Shown in pieces: positions 52,847-61,259 of a stretch of DNA of 64,000 bases. Numbering within the stretch: the first letter of the stretch is position 1; the number at the start of each line of letters is the position of its first letter. The stretch covers positions 2,440-66,439 of IMG/VR virus record IMGVR_UViG_3300032270_001329; one strand, written 5' to 3'. The notes under the pieces were generated by a model. The model had not been told where the DNA came from. It searched no databases and saw only the letters and a program-made list of their open reading frames with translations. The position numbers and the translations under genes were made by a program. The DNA is from a virus (Duplodnaviria; Caudoviricetes).

Positions 52847-53644
52847 ATGCTCAGCCAAACCGCAATTGAGAACATCACCGACTCTGCACTTGGTGGCGTC
52901 AGTAAAACTCAGTTGCGCTCACATTTGATGACGGCTTTTGAAGTCACTGAAAAAGAAGCGGACACAATATTAAACAACTTAGGCTTCGCCAAGAAACCTA
53001 ATTACATCAACTACTTCAAACATTACAACATTAATATTCCGCAAGGAGCAGAACAAATTTATTATCCTTGCACCAAAATCTACGAGTACAAAAACTTTTT
53101 GTGCCCATCAGATTGCTACGGCCTAATGGACATGGCTGATGCCAGGGTCAGGCGCAGCTGCATTGCTAACCCTAAGGATGAAGCATTGTCGACAGATTAT
53201 CGCACCAGCTGGACCGCTGATCTGGAGTGGAACAAAAGTGATTTTGTCAATCAGATTGATATCAAAATTGGTAAGGCTTTGAGCCTGAACCCATTTTTAG
53301 GTGAGACGCTGCAGATCCAGAGGTACAAACCGGGTCAATATTATAAAGAACACTGTGACTTTTTCTATCCCAACACCGAGGAATATAAGGTCTACACCGA
53401 GTGGATGGGCCAGCGCACTTGGACCTTTATGGTGTATTTAAATGATGTGGAAGAAGGTGGTGAAACGTATTTCAAACATCTCGACTTAACGATCAAGCCA
53501 GAGCAGGGCAAAGCTGTCTTCTGGAGCAACCTTTACCCCTTTGGTCTGCCCAACCCCAGGACCATGCACGAGGCGCTGCCACCTGTCAGTGGCGCCAAGT
53601 ATGTGATTACCAAGTGGTGGCGCAGCTGGAGCCTGATGCCTTAG
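52847..53644 (+). CDS. Prolyl 4-hydroxylase-like 2OG-Fe(II) oxygenase
   Basis: QRYKPGQYYKEHCD, YLNDVEEGGET, HEALPPVSGAKYVITKW. Confidence 0.9.
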   Translation: MLSQTAIENITDSALGGVSKTQLRSHLMTAFEVTEKEADTILNNLGFAKKPNYINYFKHYNINIPQGAEQIYYPCTKIYEYKNFLCPSDCYGLMDMADARVRRSCIANPKDEALSTDYRTSWTADLEWNKSDFVNQIDIKIGKALSLNPFLGETLQIQRYKPGQYYKEHCDFFYPNTEEYKVYTEWMGQRTWTFMVYLNDVEEGGETYFKHLDLTIKPEQGKAVFWSNLYPFGLPNPRTMHEALPPVSGAKYVITKWWRSWSLMP

Positions 53645-54108
53645 TGATCGCAGCCGCAGGGCAGGTTGGACTTGAGCAGCCACTGCGCTTTCTTGTGGGC
53701 GCGGCCACGCTCAACAGCCAGATCAAGGGTGAACTGATCACCGATGGCTTCTGCCTGCAGCGAGAGGGAGTGGAACTTCTCGGCAAGCAGATCGGTGTTG
53801 CTGGCCAACACGGAGATTAGGCCATCTTGATCAAAACAATCCTCAGGCAGCGCAGCCATGGTGGAGTAGTTAAGGTCCTCCACGCTCTTGGGGGCTGCAA
53901 TATCCATCGAGCGCAGGTGCTCAGCGATGGTGTCAAGACCGCCTTGAAGTTCTTCGTAGATCTCTTGGGTCAGCTTATGGATCGAGTAGAACTTGGTGCC
54001 CATCAGGTTCCAATGGACAATGTAGGTTTGATTGAGCAGATAAGAAGTATCACGCAGTGCCTGAACCAAGGCAACGTAACAAGCTCCTTTTTTGTCCATT
54101 TTTGCCAT
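53641..54108 (-). CDS. dps: Dps family ferritin-like protein
   Basis: HWNLMGTKFYSIHKLTQEIY..LDTIAEHLR..HKKAQWLL. Confidence 0.88.
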   Translation of the reverse strand: MAKMDKKGACYVALVQALRDTSYLLNQTYIVHWNLMGTKFYSIHKLTQEIYEELQGGLDTIAEHLRSMDIAAPKSVEDLNYSTMAALPEDCFDQDGLISVLASNTDLLAEKFHSLSLQAEAIGDQFTLDLAVERGRAHKKAQWLLKSNLPCGCDH

Positions 54109-54113
54109 TTAGA

Positions 54114-54386
54114 TCACCAGTTGTAGTTACATGCCCACCAGCCAGGTGTGAGCTTATCTTTTTTGTCAACGCAGTTATGTCGTGCTTTAAAGTTAGCACG
54201 GCGTTTTTCATCTTTGTGCTGCAGGTAATCTTCCATACCCCTCAAACCAAAGCGAACAATCTTCTCTTCTCTGTTATCGCACGCTTTGACAATATATTTT
54301 TGTTTAGCACCTGCTGGCGCACGTTGAGGCTTGTTGCACTTCATGTGCTCCTTGGCCAGACGCTTTGCCTTTGCTCGATCCGCCAT
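54114..54386 (-). CDS. Conserved basic viral protein (DUF5754-like)
   Basis: VRFG..GMEDY.QHKD..RR.NF.ARH..TPGWW. Confidence 0.65.
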   Translation of the reverse strand: MADRAKAKRLAKEHMKCNKPQRAPAGAKQKYIVKACDNREEKIVRFGLRGMEDYLQHKDEKRRANFKARHNCVDKKDKLTPGWWACNYNW

Positions 54387-54571
54387 CAGCCTTTGTAGTA
54401 TTCGGCGCGATCAGGAGAAATCGCCATCCCCTCTTCTCCCTTGAGGGCGCGATCACCGACAGCAGGATTGCGGTAACCCTTCATCTTCTCAATGATGTTA
54501 GCCACCGTGGCGGCGTAACCTTGAGCAAACTGTTGTGGATCAGGTCGCGATCCAGCCGATTGTTGCATCAT
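54386..54571 (-). CDS. Hypothetical protein
   Basis: 61 aa, coupled to the next gene. Confidence 0.45.
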   Translation of the reverse strand: MMQQSAGSRPDPQQFAQGYAATVANIIEKMKGYRNPAVGDRALKGEEGMAISPDRAEYYKG

Positions 54572-54950
54572 TGGCCAGGTAGGGGACTGCGTTATCTGTG
54601 CTGTTGATTTTGATTGAGCAGGGTTTCTGCTCTAACCATTTCTTCAGTTTATCAGCCCTAAGATCGGAATAATTCCGGTTGTCCTTATTGAACCAGGTAA
54701 ATGGCAACTCCGATGCTTTGGAGCGGTTGCAGCTGTTGCAGGAGCAGGCCAGGTTGTTTCGCGTGTTGTGTCCGCCTTTGTGTTTGGGAACAATGTGATC
54801 AATCGTTGCAGTATCTTTGCACAGCTGACGATCACAGTAAGCGCACTTCCATTCCCAAGCGTCAAAGATTGACTCTCGAAATTTTCGACGCGCAAGTTTA
54901 GGGGTTAAAACAATTAAGTTAGCTAAGAAATCTTCTTCGCTGTGAAACAT
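54540..54950 (-). CDS. HNH endonuclease
   Basis: CAYC..TIDHIVPKHKGGHNTRNNLACSCNSCN. Confidence 0.9.
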   Translation of the reverse strand: MFHSEEDFLANLIVLTPKLARRKFRESIFDAWEWKCAYCDRQLCKDTATIDHIVPKHKGGHNTRNNLACSCNSCNRSKASELPFTWFNKDNRNYSDLRADKLKKWLEQKPCSIKINSTDNAVPYLANDATIGWIAT

Positions 54951-55063
54951 TGAAGTTCACAAACCCTAACCAAAAGATATGGTGCATACACCTTCCCTTT
55001 GCGCTATGCTTGCAGTGCCCGCCGGTGACGCCAGGCAGATAGCCTGGAGGGTCCGGGGCTCAA

Positions 55064-55140
55064 GCCCGTGTAGCCCAATCGGCAGAGGCGACGGATTTAA
55101 GCTCCGTTCAGTGTTGGTTCAAGTCCGACCACGGGTACCA
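55064..55140 (+). tRNA. trnL-UAA: tRNA-Leu(UAA) with short variable loop, CCA encoded
   Basis: GCCCGTG/CACGGGT acceptor, anticodon arm ACGGA-TTTAAGC-TCCGT, T-loop TTCAAGT. Confidence 0.88.
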
Positions 55141-55144
55141 CGTT

Positions 55145-55221
55145 CGGGATGTAGCTCAGCTTGGTAGAGCGCTGTCTTTGGGAGGCAGATGCCGCAGGTT
55201 CGAATCCTGCCATCCCGACCA
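55145..55221 (+). tRNA. trnP-UGG: tRNA-Pro(UGG), CCA encoded
   Basis: CGGGATG/CATCCCG acceptor, anticodon loop TTTGGGA, T-loop TTCGAAT. Confidence 0.95.
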
Positions 55222-55222
55222 C

Positions 55223-55294
55223 GCTGGATTAGCTCAGTGGTAGAGCAGGGATTTTGTAAATCTCAGGCCACCCGTTCAAATCGGGTATCCAGCT
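55223..55294 (+). tRNA. trnT-UGU: tRNA-Thr(UGU), CCA not encoded
   Basis: GCTGGAT/ATCCAGC acceptor, anticodon loop TTTGTAA, T-loop TTCAAAT. Confidence 0.92.
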
Positions 55295-55524
55295 TAATCA
55301 GTTAAACCAATTAAAATTTCTTCTTCATCTTCTGCTGGATCGTATTCAGCTTCTTCTAATAAGCGCAGTAAATAATAATGAAGCTTGTCTGTGACCCAAC
55401 GCAAATCTTCATCGCTGACATCACAGACAATGGCATTAAGCCTGAGTTCTCGTGAAGGTTCACGAATAAAATCTGCGATCAACTCAAGAGCTTTATAACG
55501 TTCTTTCGTGAACTCGCCTAACAT
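55294..55524 (-). CDS. Hypothetical protein
   Basis: 76 aa, acidic tail. Confidence 0.6.
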   Translation of the reverse strand: MLGEFTKERYKALELIADFIREPSRELRLNAIVCDVSDEDLRWVTDKLHYYLLRLLEEAEYDPAEDEEEILIGLTD

Positions 55525-55742
55525 CACTCTGCAAGCGGATCAGTAATGGCATCGACCAGTTGGTTGTTCTCTTCAGCAGCCAGCTTCTGCTTGAGGATGC
55601 CAAGGATTTCAATGGCACCTTGAACTTTAAGGTAGCCCTCTTTGGTTCGGATCAGCGTTTCTTCTGAGCTGCGAATCTCATCAGCCAAGCTAGCAAGCTG
55701 GGCCTTGAGGCCACCATCAAGTTCGTCAATTGCGTTGTTCAT
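55524..55742 (-). CDS. Coiled-coil small protein
   Basis: KEGYLKVQGAIEIL pattern. Confidence 0.65.
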   Translation of the reverse strand: MNNAIDELDGGLKAQLASLADEIRSSEETLIRTKEGYLKVQGAIEILGILKQKLAAEENNQLVDAITDPLAE

Positions 55743-55780
55743 TGATCAGAGATTTTCTAAGCAAATAGTAACACCTTTGA

Positions 55781-56029
55781 TCATAGATTGCCAGACTTGG
55801 GCGGTCTGCCCGGCCCTGGTGGCTTGGGTTGATCAGATCGATCTTCTTCCTTTCTGCTGACGCCGTAGACGGCCAGAACGCTCGTCACCAAAGAAGAAAT
55901 GAAGGCTGCATCAACTTTGGCAAAGCCCATGTAACTAACCGTCAGCATGGCAAGTGCCCACGACAAAACGCCAACGGGTACGACCGTCGCAAAGAACTTT
56001 CGTAACCCGCTGTCGCTTCGTTTAATCAC
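55781..56029 (-). CDS. Putative holin (2 TM)
   Basis: Two hydrophobic helices and a basic tail, 4-nt overlap with the endolysin. Confidence 0.55.
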   Translation of the reverse strand: MIKRSDSGLRKFFATVVPVGVLSWALAMLTVSYMGFAKVDAAFISSLVTSVLAVYGVSRKEEDRSDQPKPPGPGRPPKSGNL

Positions 56030-57270
56030 AGCAGATCAATAAACCAACCCGTCCCTGGACCTTCCACAGTCCAACGGCTCTTTATTAAGTTATAGCTGTA
56101 TTCTTTGTTGTTGCCATCGGTGCTGATGTAGCTACCGCTGCTGTGGTCAATTTCGCCCCATGGGTCGTTGACGATGAAGGTACGGCGGCTGTCGTCATAA
56201 CCAATGATGCAGATCCAGTGACCGCCACCGGATGGGGCGCTGGCTGGCCCGTGGTGGAGGATGCCGACTGGGACCGGAACGCCAGCATCAATATTTGCTT
56301 TGAGCTTCTCCACCGTCCCGTTTTGTTTAAAAGATGGTTTAAAGCCAAGACCTTTTAAAACAGCAACTTGAACACTGCTGTCAGTGCTATCGCCAATGGC
56401 AAAAACTTTTCGAACGTACTCATCATCATTTTTGACGACGCCAGGCTTGAGGAACATTGCGGCCATGGCGCAGGAGCTGGAGAAACAGGTGCGGCTGGCG
56501 TCACGGTAGTTATCCCGCTGCGACTGGTAGGGAACGTTTAAGGTCTTGCGGTTGATGTGATCTTTAGAGACGTTCTCATTTTTACGTTCAATCACAAGGC
56601 CGCCGAGTCCTTCAAAGTGTTTGTCGTAGACCCACCAGGTACCAAGACCACCTGGCAGCTCCAGTTGCGTGTGGCCGTCCTGCTGCTTGAGGACCTTGCA
56701 GCCCTTGTAGTCCCTGCCCTGATGGACCTTTGCCAGCTTGTCATTGGGGAGGTCCGAACTGGAGATAGGTTCTTTTTTGAACCAGGTTTGTTGGCTTGAG
56801 CGAATGTCGATGATTTTAGATTCCATGGAACCAGAGCTACAGAACAGATCAGTTTCAGCTTTACGGCGCCGCACCAAACCAGCAAGACCGCCATTGGTCC
56901 ACCGCTTGAGTTCTTCTTTGGCAACTGTGTTGGGATCTTCCCCTGCATTCAGGCGTCGGCGCAGTGTGGATTCTTCCAGGGCGCCAGTGCCACAGTTAAA
57001 CGCAAAGGAAACCAGTGCATCAAATTGCGACTGGGTCAGTTGAATTTTAATTAAGCGGCTGACACCTTCTTCAAAGCGAGCGACATCTTTACGCAGCAGA
57101 TCTTCTGCCTCTTCTTTGGTAATTTTCATCCCCTCTTTGACGTGGGGACCGGTGCTGCCATAACCAATGGTGAGCACATGAGAGCTGCAGTAATAAGGTT
57201 CTAACCGCAGGCCTTCAAAAGATTTAATGAGATCTAAGCCTTTTTGCGAGATCTTCATGGTTTTATACAT
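56026..57270 (-). CDS. Endolysin: GH24 lysozyme plus C39-like peptidase
   Basis: FEGLRL..TIGYG, QFDALVSFAFNCG, GLVRRR; LNVPYQSQ..CFSSSCAM..GHW..NDPWG. Confidence 0.9.
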   Translation of the reverse strand: MYKTMKISQKGLDLIKSFEGLRLEPYYCSSHVLTIGYGSTGPHVKEGMKITKEEAEDLLRKDVARFEEGVSRLIKIQLTQSQFDALVSFAFNCGTGALEESTLRRRLNAGEDPNTVAKEELKRWTNGGLAGLVRRRKAETDLFCSSGSMESKIIDIRSSQQTWFKKEPISSSDLPNDKLAKVHQGRDYKGCKVLKQQDGHTQLELPGGLGTWWVYDKHFEGLGGLVIERKNENVSKDHINRKTLNVPYQSQRDNYRDASRTCFSSSCAMAAMFLKPGVVKNDDEYVRKVFAIGDSTDSSVQVAVLKGLGFKPSFKQNGTVEKLKANIDAGVPVPVGILHHGPASAPSGGGHWICIIGYDDSRRTFIVNDPWGEIDHSSGSYISTDGNNKEYSYNLIKSRWTVEGPGTGWFIDLL

Positions 57271-57324
57271 TTAGTTCTATCTTACCCCGATGATAGGATT
57301 AATTTATTGCACACCGATACCAAC

Positions 57325-57678
57325 ATGTGGAGATCATTTCTCGCTTTATTGCTGTTATCTTCTCCTGCATTAGCTCAGTCTGTGACTCCAAACTTCACGC
57401 AGGGAAGCATGACGAGCACCACCACAACCACCCAAACAATCAACGAGACCATTCAAGTTCAAGTGTTTGGCGGCGATTACCGCAATGTCAGCGGCAGCAA
57501 CGTCACACCGAGCGGCGACATCAACGCATCGGCAACAACGTTCTCCGTAACAGACACAACCAAGCCGTACAGCCTGGAGGTCGTTACACGGGCAGCTGGC
57601 GTGGTGGAGCAGACCGACATCACAAGAACAGTTACAACAAACGCTACGACCAATTCCTTATCGGTCTTCTCGCAATAA
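57325..57678 (+). CDS. Secreted cyanophage-type protein
   Basis: Signal peptide (SPALA), VTPNFTQGSMTSTT motif. Confidence 0.75.
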   Translation: MWRSFLALLLLSSPALAQSVTPNFTQGSMTSTTTTTQTINETIQVQVFGGDYRNVSGSNVTPSGDINASATTFSVTDTTKPYSLEVVTRAAGVVEQTDITRTVTTNATTNSLSVFSQ

Positions 57679-58133
57679 TTTGCTGCGCTCCAGTCAGGGC
57701 CGGTGAAGGTGGTACAACAGCAATTGCTAATCCTGTTGCCACTTCAACCGGCTCTGTTTCCAACCAAGCAGTACAAATTAACCAAGGTAGTTATAGCCAG
57801 CAGGGTTTTGGAGTCGGTCACACCTGTAACTCCAGTACCTTAGTGCTGACTCCGTTTTACCTTGGCAATGATGTCAACAATCCAGAAACACCTTATATCA
57901 GAAACCAAAACTTTGGCGCCCAAGTTAGTTTAAGTATGCCTCTTGATTTTGAAATGGTGAGGCTGTGCAAAGAATTAGCCAAGAGAAAAATTGAAAAGGA
58001 AAGATTAGATTATGAGCTTGTAAGAATTCTTAAGTGCATAGAAATTAAAAAGGCAGGTTATATGATCCACCCTTCTTCACCTTATGCAGGCGTTTGTGCC
58101 GACGTAATAGCAGTTTCTGGCGGCCAAAAGTAA
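57327..58133 (+). CDS. Secreted protein; true start unclear (signal peptide at about 57640-57700)
   Basis: FLIGLLAIICCAPVRA then AIANPVATSTGSVSNQAVQ..LCK..RLDYELVR..C; the first ~100 codons of the track ORF look like shadow. Confidence 0.65.
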   Translation: MEIISRFIAVIFSCISSVCDSKLHAGKHDEHHHNHPNNQRDHSSSSVWRRLPQCQRQQRHTERRHQRIGNNVLRNRHNQAVQPGGRYTGSWRGGADRHHKNSYNKRYDQFLIGLLAIICCAPVRAGEGGTTAIANPVATSTGSVSNQAVQINQGSYSQQGFGVGHTCNSSTLVLTPFYLGNDVNNPETPYIRNQNFGAQVSLSMPLDFEMVRLCKELAKRKIEKERLDYELVRILKCIEIKKAGYMIHPSSPYAGVCADVIAVSGGQK

Positions 58134-58671
58134 GCTGTTTTTTATTTAAAAGTTTATTAACGCGTTTAATTATGACGTTAATAACCGGTTTAAAGAGTGA
58201 AACAAGCCGTTTAAATAAGGAAGTGGCTGTCAATGTTGCTGCCACGCTGACAACAGATGTGACTGCGGCTGCGGTAACAATCTCTGCTTTTGGTACCGGG
58301 ATTTGTATATCCGTTCCCGGTAGAGTAATTGTAGTGGCTTCTGCAAGTTGTGGACGATTTTGTTGTTCAGGCTGTGAAGAAGGCGTGTATTCAGGTGTTT
58401 GGAATTGCGGTTCTGGGATTGTTAGCGCTGGTACCGGTATGGATGGCGCTAAAGGTGGCGCAGGTTTCTTCTCCTGCGGTTCGGCCTGAGGTTCTGAAGT
58501 ATCTACACCAAAGGAATCGTTAGGTCCTCCATTGGCGTAAGGGTAAACTAGTGGTGTATACGACGGAATCTCTGCCCTAGGCAACTCCAGAACAGGAGCT
58601 GGTAAGGACAGAGATTCAGGTAGATGCGGTTTAGGAACTTGCCTTGGATCTGGAATCCTCAGTGGTTCCAT
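58045..58671 (-). CDS. Pro-rich protein with C-proximal TM helix
   Basis: ITLPGTDIQIPVPKAEIVTAAAVTSVVSVAATL. Confidence 0.7.
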   Translation of the reverse strand: MEPLRIPDPRQVPKPHLPESLSLPAPVLELPRAEIPSYTPLVYPYANGGPNDSFGVDTSEPQAEPQEKKPAPPLAPSIPVPALTIPEPQFQTPEYTPSSQPEQQNRPQLAEATTITLPGTDIQIPVPKAEIVTAAAVTSVVSVAATLTATSLFKRLVSLFKPVINVIIKRVNKLLNKKQLTFGRQKLLLRRHKRLHKVKKGGSYNLPF

Positions 58672-58678
58672 TTAAATA

Positions 58679-58864
58679 TCAGTCGAGCCCCAGCAGCTCC
58701 TTTAGCTCATCAACGGTCAGTCCAGCAGCAGCCAGCTTCTCGGCAGCGGTGGGTTCAGGCGTAGGTTCAGGTTGCGGGCGGGATTCGATCTCCGCGATTT
58801 CTTCTGCGGTCAGTTCGACGATTTCTTGCTCGCCGGTTTGTACGTCAACAACGATGCGGTGCAT
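58679..58864 (-). CDS. Small tail-associated protein
   Basis: VDVQTGEQEIVELTAEEI..EKLAAAGLTVDELK. Confidence 0.7.
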   Translation of the reverse strand: MHRIVVDVQTGEQEIVELTAEEIAEIESRPQPEPTPEPTAAEKLAAAGLTVDELKELLGLD

Positions 58865-58867
58865 GGT

Positions 58868-59446
58868 TTAGCCCTCGTAAAGGATGTTGATGGAGCCAGC
58901 ATCGAACGTATCCGAGCCACCAACGGTGGTAATCCGTACGCGATCTAGGGTGGCAGAAGTAGCCTTAGATCCGCCGGCAGCAGTAATATTGTTAGCGCTA
59001 ATTTGACTTCCTGAGGAAAGAACCCAAGTATTTCCAGAAATGTTTGTCAAAATCGCATGACCCATTATTTGTGCCGCTGCTGTAGTACCCGAATTTATAT
59101 TCAAGCCGACAGTATTAGCAACGTAGCTAGGAGTTTGGTTTGTAGAACCACCGTTGTATCCGGTAGTTTCAATGCCGCCAGAATCACCAAGCTGGATGCA
59201 GATGGGGCTAGTTCCGTTTGTGCTAACTCCATCAAACATCACCGTAATTCGCTTGACCCAACTCGGGATGCTCGTGAAGTCAATCGACGTGCCACTTGTC
59301 GATGCAACTGCAGTACCTGATTTAATTGTTCCTTGAATCGTAGTTGCAGTCAGCGTCGAAATGGTTGTACTTCCATCTGCTGCCAGGACAATATTGTTCG
59401 TCGTCGAACTGGGATTAAGGATGTTTGTGGTTTTTAAACTACTCAT
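58868..59446 (-). CDS. Tail-fibre-associated paralog C
   Basis: SGTSIDFTSIPSWVKRITVMF..DTFDAGSINILYEG. Confidence 0.75.
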   Translation of the reverse strand: MSSLKTTNILNPSSTTNNIVLAADGSTTISTLTATTIQGTIKSGTAVASTSGTSIDFTSIPSWVKRITVMFDGVSTNGTSPICIQLGDSGGIETTGYNGGSTNQTPSYVANTVGLNINSGTTAAAQIMGHAILTNISGNTWVLSSGSQISANNITAAGGSKATSATLDRVRITTVGGSDTFDAGSINILYEG

Positions 59447-59448
59447 GA

Positions 59449-60084
59449 TCAGCCCTCGTAGAGAATGTTGATCGACCCGGCGTCAAAGGTGTCGGTGCCG
59501 TTGACGGTAGTAATGCGGACGCGATCCAAGGTGCCGGATAGGGATAAGGTCCCATTGACCAAGCAAGTGTCTCCGTTGCTTGCTGAATTAGTGTGTGACC
59601 CTGATAGGTTCCAGTTGTTAGAGGAGACGTTGACCAAATAGAAGACACCGTATCTTGTAGTTGTTGATGCCTGACCGTCAGAAGTGACAAACCCAGCCGA
59701 CATAGCTGTGTAGACGTTGCTCGGAGCAACGCCAAATCTAGTTGCGTAGCCAATGTATCCAGATGTTGTAAAACTACCCGAGCCAATCTGAATTTGAAGA
59801 GCAGAACTACCGTTGGTACTCACTCCGTTAAACATCACCGTCACCCGCTTCACCCAACTCGGAATCCCAGTGAAGTCAATACTGGTGCCGCTGGTGCTGT
59901 TCTGAGCGGTGGCAAGCGTCATCCGCCCGCGATCAGCAAAGCTCAACGTGCCGCTGCCGTTGGTGACCAGTGCCTGATCGGCGGAGCCGTTGCCAGTCGG
60001 AAGCACCAGCGTGTTCGACCCAGCCACCGCCGGAGCGTCGATCTCGGTGTAGCCGCTAGTTGATCCGTTAAGACGAAGTGTCAT
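59449..60084 (-). CDS. Tail-fibre-associated paralog B
   Basis: Same constant blocks as its neighbours. Confidence 0.75.
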   Translation of the reverse strand: MTLRLNGSTSGYTEIDAPAVAGSNTLVLPTGNGSADQALVTNGSGTLSFADRGRMTLATAQNSTSGTSIDFTGIPSWVKRVTVMFNGVSTNGSSALQIQIGSGSFTTSGYIGYATRFGVAPSNVYTAMSAGFVTSDGQASTTTRYGVFYLVNVSSNNWNLSGSHTNSASNGDTCLVNGTLSLSGTLDRVRITTVNGTDTFDAGSINILYEG

Positions 60085-60093
60085 TGTTCTGCC

Positions 60094-60705
60094 TCACTCG
60101 TACATGATGTTGATGGAACCGGCGTCAAAGGTGTCGGTGCCGTTGACGGTGGTGATGCGGACGGCTGTCACGACTGCACCGAGGCTAATGCTGCCGCCTG
60201 CCGCGTATTGAGCGAGAGACGAGTCTGATCTACCGCCAGATCCCGCAAAAGAATAAATAAAAGTGCTCGAATTGAGTAGCAGTATTTGCCCCGCCCCGTG
60301 CCTGACACCTGCTGCATTGCTGATGTCATCTAATTGAAAACCTGTGTTGAAATTGGTGGCCGCCACAATGCCCAGATAGCCGGACGCGGTATACGTTGGC
60401 GTAGCGCCCGTACCAAGCCGAATGACTACCACAGATGTTCCATTTGTACTGACGCCGCTGAACATCACCGTAATTCGCTTTGCCCAACTTGGGATCCCGG
60501 TGAAGTCGATGCTGGTGCCGCTGGTGCTAGCTTGAGCAGTGCTGCTGACCAACGGAACATTTCCAGATGTGCCGTTGAGACTTGCTGTGATTTGGCCTGC
60601 TGCAAAAACAAAACCGGTATCCGTATCTGAACCCCTGACGGCAGGGGTTGATGTGGAGCCGTCTGGCCCTGTAATTCCGCTTGTACCGTTAATAACTACT
60701 GGCAT
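60094..60705 (-). CDS. Tail-fibre-associated paralog A
   Basis: Same constant blocks as its neighbours. Confidence 0.75.
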   Translation of the reverse strand: MPVVINGTSGITGPDGSTSTPAVRGSDTDTGFVFAAGQITASLNGTSGNVPLVSSTAQASTSGTSIDFTGIPSWAKRITVMFSGVSTNGTSVVVIRLGTGATPTYTASGYLGIVAATNFNTGFQLDDISNAAGVRHGAGQILLLNSSTFIYSFAGSGGRSDSSLAQYAAGGSISLGAVVTAVRITTVNGTDTFDAGSINIMYE

Positions 60706-60719
60706 GGCTTTATTTTACC

Positions 60720-61223
60720 TCAAATAATGACCCAAGCGGAACCACTTGGTATCGTGACCGTGACGCCTGAATTCACTGTACACGGGCCAAATGTGCCGGC
60801 ATTGTAGTTTGTTGGAATTGTATAATTTGTCGTCACTGTCTGTTTGTTCAAGTAGAACACTTCATCATTGGAACCAGATGCACCGGTCGCACCAGTAAAA
60901 TCATTGGCCAGCTTGGAGCGGGTGATGGTTCCATCAGAGGGCGTACCAATATTTAAGGTGTCGCCCATCAACACCCCAAAGAAACTAAGGCCGGCGGCAG
61001 GCGCTGTTAAAAACGTGATGGTGTTGGTGCTGACAGTGTAATTCGTGTTTGGTTCCTGAATCACACCACCAACCGAGATCAGTAGCTGCTGAGCAGTGCC
61101 AGCAGTAACTGGAGCTGTACTGACGGTCAGGTTGAACGTGGTTGTCGAGCCGTTGAAGCTCCCTGAGATATTGTCCAGCTTTCGATACTGGCCAACAACT
61201 GGCTCAGTTCCTAAATACGCCAC
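60720..61223 (-). CDS. Tail-associated structural protein
   Basis: SFNGSTTTFNL..LLISVGGVIQEP..GVTVTIPSGS.WVI. Confidence 0.75.
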   Translation of the reverse strand: MAYLGTEPVVGQYRKLDNISGSFNGSTTTFNLTVSTAPVTAGTAQQLLISVGGVIQEPNTNYTVSTNTITFLTAPAAGLSFFGVLMGDTLNIGTPSDGTITRSKLANDFTGATGASGSNDEVFYLNKQTVTTNYTIPTNYNAGTFGPCTVNSGVTVTIPSGSAWVII

Positions 61224-61259
61224 AGGATTACGCTCTTAATAACGCTATTCTAAAACAGA

